Assembly (NCBI GenBank): GCA_001192655.1
Contig: BBVC01000013.1
Location: 1-25,440 of the forward strand
Reading direction: 5' to 3'
Source of the DNA: Caedimonas varicaedens
GTDB taxonomy: Bacteria > Pseudomonadota > Alphaproteobacteria > Caedimonadales > Caedimonadaceae
DNA: 25,440 bases
Part shown: positions 8,085 through 16,796 of the stretch, piece by piece
Layout: each line of letters opens with the position of its first letter
Numbering within the stretch: the stretch's first letter is position 1
Program-made: the position numbers and the translations under genes
Notes under the pieces: generated by a model
Database searches by the model: none
What the model saw: the letters and a program-made list of their open reading frames with translations, nothing else
What the model was told of the DNA's origin: nothing

Positions 8085-8981
8085 ATGGCTCTTCATAAAT
8101 TCCTCAATCCAAAAAATGATGTCGCCTTCAAGAAAATCTTTGGCACGGAAAAGAACAAGGACATCCTCATTCATTTCCTCAATGATATGCTGGTGTTTCG
8201 GGAGAAAAAGCCCATTACAGAGGTCACCTTTCTTAAAACCATTCAAGACCCGGAGATCGCCTCTAAAAAGACCAGCATTGTGGATATCCTTTGTAAGGAT
8301 GAGGCGGGTAACTCTTATGTCGTTGAGATGCAAGTCGCCAAATCAAAAGGATTTGAGAAAAGAGCTCAATACTACGCAGCTAAAGCCTATATTGCCCAGA
8401 TGGATAAAGGGGATCAAAAATATTATAATCTGAAGGAAGTGATCTTCCTCGCCATTGCCGATTTTATCATGTTTCCAGACAAGGAAAGCTACAAATCCGA
8501 TCATGTGATCTTGGACAAGGACACCTACCAGAATGATCTCAAGGACTTTTCCTTTACGTTTCTTGAATTAGAGAAATTCACACACGACAAAGATCATCTC
8601 TCTTCCATGATTGAGAAATGGGCGTATTACTTTAAGCATGCGGAAGAGACATCCGAAAAGGAACTTCATCAGATCTTTGAAAAGGACGTCATTATTCGGA
8701 AAGCCTATGAGGAACTTAACCGCTTTTCCTGGAACGAGGATGAACTCAGAGACTATGAAAGTGTTGTGAAAAGGGACATGGATAATCAGGCTGTCCTGGA
8801 GGAGCAACTCGATCAGGCTGAAGCTAAGGGGATCGAAATAGGGGAAGCAAGGGGAATTGAAAAGGGGAGATCTGAAAGAAATATTGAGATTGCTCGTCGT
8901 TTGCTTCAACAAGGAGTATCGGCTGAGACCGTACATAGTGCGACCGGTCTTTCGCTCGACCAAATCAAAGATATGCTTTGA
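8085..8981 (+). CDS. Rpn-family recombination-promoting nuclease / putative transposase (PD-(D/E)XK)
   Basis: N terminus LNPKNDVAFKKIFG, core DILCKDEAGNSYVVEMQV, C-terminal repeat AKGIEIGEARGIEKGRSE typical of the family. ATG at 8085 is preferred over the track's TTG at 8031. Confidence 0.8.
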   Translation: MALHKFLNPKNDVAFKKIFGTEKNKDILIHFLNDMLVFREKKPITEVTFLKTIQDPEIASKKTSIVDILCKDEAGNSYVVEMQVAKSKGFEKRAQYYAAKAYIAQMDKGDQKYYNLKEVIFLAIADFIMFPDKESYKSDHVILDKDTYQNDLKDFSFTFLELEKFTHDKDHLSSMIEKWAYYFKHAEETSEKELHQIFEKDVIIRKAYEELNRFSWNEDELRDYESVVKRDMDNQAVLEEQLDQAEAKGIEIGEARGIEKGRSERNIEIARRLLQQGVSAETVHSATGLSLDQIKDML

Positions 8982-9030
8982 TGGACGCATAAATATAATA
9001 TTGATTGAGAGTATTTTTTAAAGATAACTA

Positions 9031-9089
9031 TGTGGATTATTTATCATTGGCTTTCAAATCTCACAAAGGTTTAATTCAACTGTGGATAA
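9031..9089 (+). promoter_or_regulatory. Two DnaA-box-like 9-mers, 50 bp apart, in the same orientation
   Basis: TGTGGATTA at 9031..9039 (8/9) and TGTGGATAA at 9081..9089 (perfect complement of TTATCCACA), in an AT-rich ORF-free stretch. Confidence 0.3.
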
Positions 9090-9488
9090 AAAAAACATCA
9101 TAGGGATGATGCAAAATATGCCGAAAAATCTATATCATTTTTTACGCTCTCTTGTGCTATTAGATGAGGTTATGCAAGAGGTCTAATATTCACAGCTACT
9201 TTCTGCAAATTCACATGCTTTGTATGGACAGGTATTCCTGAAAATCGTGATGGAAAGTCTGAACCAGAATAATAACATGCCAATTCATTTTTTCGTAAGT
9301 AACACGGTCTTCTTCTCGAAAGTAAACCACTGTGCACTTAGGAGTGCACAGCTTTGGGACGCGATTGAAAATCGCTATCAAGCTGAAGCTCAGACCTGAG
9401 AAAATGGATAAATTGGATGATATTCTGCAAAAGAAGCGCTTATGGTGAAAGCTAATCTGAATCGTACCGACAATGCGAAAACACACAT

Positions 9489-9516
9489 AACCGAGCAAAC
9501 CATCTTCGGTTTTTTT
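9489..9516 (+). terminator. Possible Rho-independent terminator with no annotated upstream gene
   Basis: AACCGA ... TCGGTT stem followed by a T run. The nearest plus-strand CDS ends about 500 bp upstream. Confidence 0.4.
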
Positions 9517-9603
9517 AGGGGGAAGATCAGGATGCTTGTGATGCTATCGCATCACGACGCAAAAAAATTAAGCTAAAGCTTTCCCGTCTGGAAGACGGGG
9601 GTT

Positions 9604-9753
9604 TTAACCACCAAGAGGACTATCAAGGTGAAGTGGCTCTTCACACCGAGCGGGAACTATATATAGTTCATCATCGTCTGGTTTAATGACGAATTTACAC
9701 GCTTCATTGATCAAGTTATAAAACTTGATCTTTCCAGTATGAGTACCTTTCAT
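9604..9753 (-). CDS. 49-aa ORF with degenerate cold-shock-domain N terminus (possibly a relic)
   Basis: My translation is MKGTHTGKIKFYNLINEACKFVIKPDDDELYIV.... Compare GKVKFYDVHKSYGFITPDD of the CSD gene at 11763..11981. It is below the ORF-track length cut-off. Confidence 0.35.
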   Translation of the reverse strand: MKGTHTGKIKFYNLINEACKFVIKPDDDELYIVPARCEEPLHLDSPLGG

Positions 9754-9778
9754 CTCACATATTTTCCTAAAATTACAA

Positions 9779-10084
9779 TTATCCGTTCACCGCTTCCTTC
9801 AGCTTACTGCCAACCTTGAACACGACCCGCTTAGAGGCTGGAATATTCAAAGCTTCGCCTGTTCTGGGATTACGTCCTGTGGTTGCCTTGCGCTCTTGCA
9901 CTTCAAACGTTCCCCAACCCACCAAAGGCAGTTTCTTGCCTTCCTTGAGCATAGCGGTAATGCTGTCTAAAACCGCTGTGAGGTATTCTTTCGCGTCTTT
10001 CTGGGTTGAACCCTTCAGATCAGCGATCTTGTCGATTAGGTCGTCTTTTGGTGATTTTGTTTCAATCATGTCATGACCTTTCAC
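9779..10084 (-). CDS. HU-type DNA-binding protein
   Basis: LVGWGTFEVQERKATTGRNPRTGEALNIPASKRVVFKVGSKLKEAVNG. GTG at 10084 overlaps the upstream stop (GTGA). An alternative ATG lies at 10069. Confidence 0.85.
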   Translation of the reverse strand: MKGHDMIETKSPKDDLIDKIADLKGSTQKDAKEYLTAVLDSITAMLKEGKKLPLVGWGTFEVQERKATTGRNPRTGEALNIPASKRVVFKVGSKLKEAVNG

Positions 10085-10377
10085 TTTTTAGAATTTGTTA
10101 GAGTTTTATCATCCTGAATGGTTTTCAGCTTTTCTTGGCAGATTGAGAGTTCGGCTTGCAATTTGGTAAGAGCCTCTAGAGAAGTGTCCTTGCCTTTTTT
10201 GTTCAATTCAAGGGTTTCTTCCATCTGCATTTTTTCTGACTGCCAAGCCTTCTTTTCTTCTCGAAGCTGAATCAGTTCTTTTTGCTCTTCCGTCGATAGC
10301 TTGTTAGCTGTTCCGTCACAGCCTGCCAGCAATGTCGTCATGAGCATTCCTGCTATCAATTTCTTCAATTTAATCAT
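10081..10377 (-). CDS. Small coiled-coil lipoprotein
   Basis: Signal peptide plus lipobox (MLMTTLLAGC), then a K/E/Q/L-rich helical sequence. ATGA overlap with the upstream gene. Confidence 0.7.
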   Translation of the reverse strand: MIKLKKLIAGMLMTTLLAGCDGTANKLSTEEQKELIQLREEKKAWQSEKMQMEETLELNKKGKDTSLEALTKLQAELSICQEKLKTIQDDKTLTNSKK

Positions 10378-10681
10378 TTTTCTGCCTTTTCATTGTTGTC
10401 ATTGATTTTCAACTTTAACCCTTGAGAGACGCTAAAAGAAACCGTACGGCGTGGTGTAATCATTACATCCTCTCCCGTTCTAGGATTTCTGCCTAAACGC
10501 TCTCCCTTTGACAAAACATCAAAAGTCCCAAAGCCAGATAGCATCAGCTTCCCATCATGAACAATGCCGTCTGCCATACGGGCAAGCGTCAAGTCTATAA
10601 ATTTTCTCACTGTGCTGGTCTGATTCCTGTCTTTTCAGAGAGGATGTTCACCAGTCTATCCCGTGTCAGGCTATCGCTCAT
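10374..10681 (-). pseudogene. IHF-alpha-like gene (pair 2) interrupted by a 1-nt frameshift
   Basis: ATG at 10681 gives MSDSLTRDRLVNILSEKTGIRPAQ then a stop. The next frame continues VRKFIDLTLARMADGIVHDGKLMLSGFGTFDVLSKGERLGRNPRTGEDV. The two parts align colinearly, residue for residue, with the pair-1 alpha protein. The 308-nt span is not a multiple of 3. Confidence 0.75.
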
Positions 10682-10982
10682 CTGTCCACCTTACCTCTGG
10701 CTTCTTGCCATTCAAGTGTTCTTTCAGGTCTTTGCCTGCTTTGAAACGCATCACTTTTCTATCGGGAACAGTCACAGGTTCCCCTGTTTTAGGATTACGT
10801 CCCTTGTGCGCAGGTCTATGGCGAGGATAAAAGGTGCCAAAGTTTCTCAATTCAACCCTTTGCCCCTTCTCTAGGGCACAAACAATCTCGTCGAGCATCC
10901 CAGAAACAATCATCTCTGCCTGTACAGGCGTAATCTCAAAAGTCCAGTCAGCTACCTTTTGGATGAGTTCAGATCTGGTCAT
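10671..10982 (-). CDS. IHF-beta-like DNA-binding protein (pair 2)
   Basis: RVELRNFGTFYPRHRPAHKGRNPKTGEPVTVPDRKVMRFKAGKDLKEHLNG. ATG at 10982 (MTRSELIQKV...) is preferred over the longer track ORF. Confidence 0.85.
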   Translation of the reverse strand: MTRSELIQKVADWTFEITPVQAEMIVSGMLDEIVCALEKGQRVELRNFGTFYPRHRPAHKGRNPKTGEPVTVPDRKVMRFKAGKDLKEHLNGKKPEVRWTDER

Positions 10983-11766
10983 TTTTAGTGATTCTCTCAA
11001 AATTATCAAAAGCATATTTAGCCATACTCAACAAAGACGATAAGCTCACATAAGCATGAAAATCTTCCATGTAGGGAACGTCTCCATGTACACTATCGTT
11101 TCTCCAAATAGACAATTTATCATTGAAACTTTGCAGACGATTTTTAATATCGTTTTTTCCTTGAGCAAGGTCATCTATAGCTTTGTTTTTTCCATTGTTT
11201 TCTTTAAAAACTTTACACGTTCTCTCTTCGCCAAATTTCACTTTATGCAAATGACGCAAGATAGACTCTCCAGATGCGCCAGACATAGCGCACGTTGCTA
11301 TGTAAAGACTGAACTGATAGCAATTCGCTGCCTCTATACCCCAAACCAGATAATCAGCACCCAGCTTGTCTTTGAATCCTTGTAGTAGGGAGGCATAGGA
11401 TGAAGAAAAGCCGAAAACAAAACGTGTCTCATCACCACTAAGCAACCATTCTTTACCCACTTCTGTAAAAGTATAATATCTAAAGTACGCGAAACTACTA
11501 AATGATATATTATTATCATTTCTAGTGCTTTGCCTCAGAATGCCTCTTCTCCTTAAATCCCATAAAGCATCCAATATAAGCGCATTCCCTGAATGCTCTT
11601 GCTCTGTATGAGTTTGATAATTTGATGGTATGATGTCACAGCTTGAAAAGTCAAATTTTCTTACATCTGAACCATAACCACGTTTGATCGGATTTTTCAG
11701 AATATTGCGAAGAGAGTTTATGACGAAACTCATAGCATCATTAGAATTTTTCATGACTTGATTCAT
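10969..11766 (-). CDS. Winged-helix-like plus HEPN-domain protein (putative RNase/abortive-infection-type effector)
   Basis: Canonical Rx4H motif R222-N-D-S-V-H227 (11086..11103) about 40 aa from the C terminus, within predicted helical context. No other family recognised. Confidence 0.6.
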   Translation of the reverse strand: MNQVMKNSNDAMSFVINSLRNILKNPIKRGYGSDVRKFDFSSCDIIPSNYQTHTEQEHSGNALILDALWDLRRRGILRQSTRNDNNISFSSFAYFRYYTFTEVGKEWLLSGDETRFVFGFSSSYASLLQGFKDKLGADYLVWGIEAANCYQFSLYIATCAMSGASGESILRHLHKVKFGEERTCKVFKENNGKNKAIDDLAQGKNDIKNRLQSFNDKLSIWRNDSVHGDVPYMEDFHAYVSLSSLLSMAKYAFDNFERITKNDQI

Positions 11767-11981
11767 GGTTCTAACAACTTAATCTGGCAAGCAATCGACT
11801 TACCCTTCACTTCTTTCAGCTCGTAGCTCACTTTTTGGTGTTCCCCCAGAAAATCAAGTCCCGATTCCTGTAATTCACGGAAATGAACGAAGATGTCCTT
11901 GTCACCTTCCTTGTGATCGTCTGGCGTAATAAATCCGTAGCTCTTGTGAACATCATAGAATTTGACCTTGCCTCTGGGCAT
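11763..11981 (-). CDS. Cold-shock-domain protein (72 aa)
   Basis: MPRGKVKFYDVHKSYGFITPDD...IFVHF contains RNP1- and RNP2-like motifs. AAGGAG lies upstream of the ATG at 11981. Its stop overlaps the HEPN start (ATGA). Confidence 0.85.
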   Translation of the reverse strand: MPRGKVKFYDVHKSYGFITPDDHKEGDKDIFVHFRELQESGLDFLGEHQKVSYELKEVKGKSIACQIKLLEP

Positions 11982-12081
11982 AAAACTTCTTACTCCTTGA
12001 AAAAGATCATTTGTCAGCATCATGTAAGGAAATGGTTGGCTTGTCAAACAAGTTTTGTGTAAAACCATAGAAAAATCGTTT

Positions 12082-12579
12082 CTATGCCTTGCGCCAGCTA
12101 TATCGTCTATTCTCAAGTCGTTGTTCCAGTAAACCCTCTTCATGCAATCGGTAAAGATGCCGTCTCAGATGACAGACGCTGAGCGAAATATGAGGAGTGA
12201 TGTCACCTATAAAAATGTAACCTTCTCTGGTTTTCATAAAATCTAATATCTGATTTGATATCTTTTCAGCTTGTATGGTTTTCAAGAGATGCTCTTCAGA
12301 AGGTTTGTCAGCTTTTCCAACGGGTTTTTTGCGAATTTTAGCACTCTCACTGCTTTTCAAAATGACAGCCTCTACATATTCAATCTCACGAGGGGAAATT
12401 TTGTGTTTATCGATGAACGTCCTGTATTCCTTGAACGCTTGCCGTAATTTGGTTTCATGACGTGCGCTCCTCGTCAAAAAATAGAGGTTTCTTAATCCCT
12501 CATAGGTTCGTTTGAGTTTTTTCAGTTTTTCAAGGGTCTCCAAATCCTTGTCCTTTCTCGTCATTGGAAACACGAGCAT
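12082..12579 (-). CDS. Hypothetical protein with C-terminal winged-helix DNA-binding-like domain
   Basis: ILDFMKTREGYIFIGDITPHISLSVCHLRRHLYRLHEEGLLEQ...RRYSW looks like a wHTH. The start is uncertain: TTG 12723, ATG 12579 or ATG 12564. Confidence 0.5.
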   Translation of the reverse strand: MLVFPMTRKDKDLETLEKLKKLKRTYEGLRNLYFLTRSARHETKLRQAFKEYRTFIDKHKISPREIEYVEAVILKSSESAKIRKKPVGKADKPSEEHLLKTIQAEKISNQILDFMKTREGYIFIGDITPHISLSVCHLRRHLYRLHEEGLLEQRLENRRYSWRKA

Positions 12580-12788
12580 AGGCGAAAAGATACCTGCTTC
12601 GCAACAAGAGACCAGTAAAAATCTAAGGTTTTCGGTTAAACGCGCTTTAAGATGCAACAGAGAAGGTAAAAAGAGTTTATACCCCCCTCTCTTAACTTTG
12701 CTGTACGTTAATCCTGGAGGCAAATGGAGTGACCTTCATTTGCCAAAACGACACAGGCAGTGCGTCGAGCAATACAAAATAGTCAAGT

Positions 12789-12808
12789 GCTAATGACAGC
12801 TAATGACA
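12789..12808. repeat. 10-bp tandem direct repeat GCTAATGACA x2 in a divergent intergenic region
   Basis: Read directly. Lies between the wHTH gene (minus) and folB (plus). Confidence 0.85.
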
Positions 12809-12936
12809 ATTGTGTAGATTGTTCAAGCGTTATGCTGTAAGCTGTTATCAGATTTTCTTATGAACGAATAGAGTTAACTTTCTCTCAAAATATTTTCTGC
12901 CAATTATCACTTTCAGATTTAAGAATATGGGTTCAT

Positions 12937-13269
12937 TTGGGATGCAAAAAGGAAGAACGATATCATCCTCAGTGTATCAGAGTGAACATTAATCTGACGT
13001 TTAAAACACCTCCCGTTGCCCTCACGACAGATAAGCTTGAAGATACCGTCTGTTATCTTGAAATGACCGAAAAGATCAAAAGTTTGTGTCAGAGTAAGCC
13101 CTTTCATCTCATAGAATATCTTACGTTTAATATTTATAAAACAATTGAACAAGCCTTAAAAGAGAAAAATCACATGATCGATCTTATTAATATTGAGGTG
13201 TGCAAGGTAGCGCCTCCTGTTCCAGACCTTCATGGTGGCGTATCATTTACATACAGTCATCAATCATGA
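12937..13269 (+). CDS. folB: Dihydroneopterin aldolase (FolB/FolX)
   Basis: EERYHPQCIRVNINL...DKLEDTVCYLEM...FHLIEYLT...VCKVAPP fits the FolB pattern. Homology appears to continue upstream of the TTG (LSDLRIWVHLG) without a canonical in-frame start, so the 5' end is uncertain. Confidence 0.75.
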   Translation: MGCKKEERYHPQCIRVNINLTFKTPPVALTTDKLEDTVCYLEMTEKIKSLCQSKPFHLIEYLTFNIYKTIEQALKEKNHMIDLINIEVCKVAPPVPDLHGGVSFTYSHQS

Positions 13270-13285
13270 TACAGAGTGTTTCCTC

Positions 13286-14548
13286 ATGATTTATCTCAGT
13301 CTTGGTTCTAATAGGGGGAATCGTCTCTCTTTTCTCCAGCAGGCTGTGGATTTGCTGAAAAAACGTTGTTTAAAAAATATGACATGGTCAATTATTCTGG
13401 AAACAGAGTGTATTCTTCCTGATGGAGCGCCTTCGGAATGGAATAAGCCTTTTCTGAATATGGTTGTTGCAGGGGTTTCTGATTTATCTCCCTTCTTTCT
13501 TCTGCGAGAGTTGAAACAGATTGAGCAAGAGCTTGGCAGACCTGAACATTATGAGAGATGGTCCCCTCGCGTGATTGATTTGGATATCTTGCTATGGGAT
13601 GATCTTGTCCTTAACAATCCTTCTCTCACTATTCCACATCCAGAACTTGATCGCCGTCCTTTTTTAGGTCATCTCCTCACCATGATGGGTGTTGAAAGAA
13701 AATCGCATATACCCGCAAATTGCTTTCTGAGAAGTTTTACCTTATTTCCTCGTTTTGTTGGGATTGTCAATATAACGCCAGATTCTTTTTCAGATGGAGG
13801 ATTGTATAATACAGCAGATAAAGCGATAAAACAGGCACTCAATCTTGCTGCAAACGGAGCGAGCATCATTGAGATAGGAGCTCAATCTACCCGACCTGGA
13901 TCTGTGCTTCAGACTCCGGATGAAGAGTACGGCAAGCTTGAACCTGTCTTGGATGGACTCAAGAATTTTATGGAAAAAGAAGAAATCACTGTGAGTGTGG
14001 ACACCTTTTGGCCAGAAGTCATTCAAAAAATACTCTCGCGTTATTCTGTAAAATGGATCAATGATGTGCGAGGATCACTGGACGATAGAACTCTTCAATA
14101 TATTGCTCGCAAAAATTGTCATTTTGTGGCTATGCACTCTTTAGGCATTCCTCCTCAAAAAGACAGATTACTTCCCAATGATCCTTCTCCTGTTTCGTCT
14201 CTCATAGAATGGGCGCAGAAAATGATAGGCCGCTTGCTATCTTGTGGATTTGAGAAATCGTCAATTATAATCGATCCTGGTATTGGGTTTGGAAAATCTG
14301 CTTATCAGAATATTCATATTCTCCGCACTCTCATACGATTAAAATCGATGGACATCAAAATTCTGATAGGGCATTCCAGAAAATCTTTTATAGAAGCCTT
14401 TTCCTTGGAAGAAGCCAAAATGAGAGATATAGAAACCATCGCGATTTCTGACTTTTTAAAAAATAAGGTTGATTTCTTGCGTGTTCATAATGTGGCAGAT
14501 CACAGAAGGTTTTTTGTTGCTCAACAGGCAATTGTCAACATCGGCTGA
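13286..14548 (+). CDS. folKP: Fused HPPK-DHPS (FolK-FolP), with its extreme 3' end replaced by the IS terminus
   Basis: The N-terminal half matches HPPK (MIYLSLGSNRGNR...RWSPRVIDLDILLW). The C-terminal half matches DHPS (GIVNITPDSFSDGG...IIEIGAQSTRPG...DPGIGFGK...LRVHNV). The last residues VNIG plus the TGA come from the IS end starting at 14533. Confidence 0.9.
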   Translation: MIYLSLGSNRGNRLSFLQQAVDLLKKRCLKNMTWSIILETECILPDGAPSEWNKPFLNMVVAGVSDLSPFFLLRELKQIEQELGRPEHYERWSPRVIDLDILLWDDLVLNNPSLTIPHPELDRRPFLGHLLTMMGVERKSHIPANCFLRSFTLFPRFVGIVNITPDSFSDGGLYNTADKAIKQALNLAANGASIIEIGAQSTRPGSVLQTPDEEYGKLEPVLDGLKNFMEKEEITVSVDTFWPEVIQKILSRYSVKWINDVRGSLDDRTLQYIARKNCHFVAMHSLGIPPQKDRLLPNDPSPVSSLIEWAQKMIGRLLSCGFEKSSIIIDPGIGFGKSAYQNIHILRTLIRLKSMDIKILIGHSRKSFIEAFSLEEAKMRDIETIAISDFLKNKVDFLRVHNVADHRRFFVAQQAIVNIG

Positions 14549-14626
14549 AATTTGATACAGATTTTTAAAAATCCTCGGATGAAAATTGATACACCTGAGA
14601 TAAAAAAATAAGGGTTCAATTCGTCA

Positions 14627-16447
<1,821 letters not shown>

Positions 16448-16455
16448 TATTCCTA

Positions 16456-16475
16456 AACTCCTTTGAAAAGGAGTT
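16456..16475 (-). promoter_or_regulatory. Hairpin sequestering the istA Shine-Dalgarno (copy A)
   Basis: AACTCCTTT / AAAGGAGTT inverted repeat that contains the AAGGAG upstream of istA. Confidence 0.4.
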
Positions 16476-16536
16476 AATGCGTGGGTGTATCAAAATTCAA
16501 CCGATGATCTGTATCATTTTACCTCCGGCGCTAACA

Positions 16537-16707
16537 TTTTCCTGATTCATTGCCCAATAAGGAAGTGCTAGGGCATCGGCCTCGTTATTATCTTGGAAAG
16601 GATCATCCTGAACAATAGAGGCCGTATTGCTGAAGAAGATAATTCTCTTTATAAATTGTAGCTTATGTGCTACAAATATCTTATGAAGATAGAGAAATAT
16701 GAATTAG
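16537..16707. pseudogene. 171-bp relic holding a RuvC-like 3' fragment, an HD-hydrolase fragment, and the original higB promoter region with its first 7 codons
   Basis: 16537..16594 is about 90% identical by eye to 19348..19405. 16600..16632 is about 88% identical to 19915..19947. ATG at 16683 reads MKIEKYE and joins in frame across the IS to LEIYQT.... Confidence 0.75.
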
Positions 16708-16768
16708 TGTTAGCGCCGGAGGTAAAATGATACAGATCATCGGTTGAATTTTGATACACCCACGCATT

Positions 16769-16788
16769 AACTCCTTTTCAAAGGAGTT
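16769..16788 (+). promoter_or_regulatory. Hairpin sequestering the istA Shine-Dalgarno (copy B)
   Basis: AACTCCTTT-TC-AAAGGAGTT. The SD AAGGAG lies at 16781..16786, 10 nt before the ATG at 16797. Confidence 0.4.
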
Positions 16789-16796
16789 TAGGAATA

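Noticed and set aside
9211-9498. 95-aa minus-strand ORF, and a roughly 59-codon plus-strand ORF, in the structured spacer.
   Set aside because: No recognisable motif, no RBS, and odd composition. Treated as non-coding or decayed sequence.
9538-9555. Perfect hairpin GTGATGC-TATC-GCATCAC as a terminator.
   Set aside because: It is followed by an A-run on the plus strand and preceded by a T-run on the minus strand, so it fits an intrinsic terminator in neither orientation. It is kept only as part of the structured-spacer observation.
11982-12143. N-terminal 54-aa extension of the cold-shock ORF in the track, which overlaps the upstream gene by 62 nt.
   Set aside because: The CSD starts at MPRGKVKFYD, with AAGGAG upstream of the ATG at 11981. 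The extension has no CSD-family counterpart.
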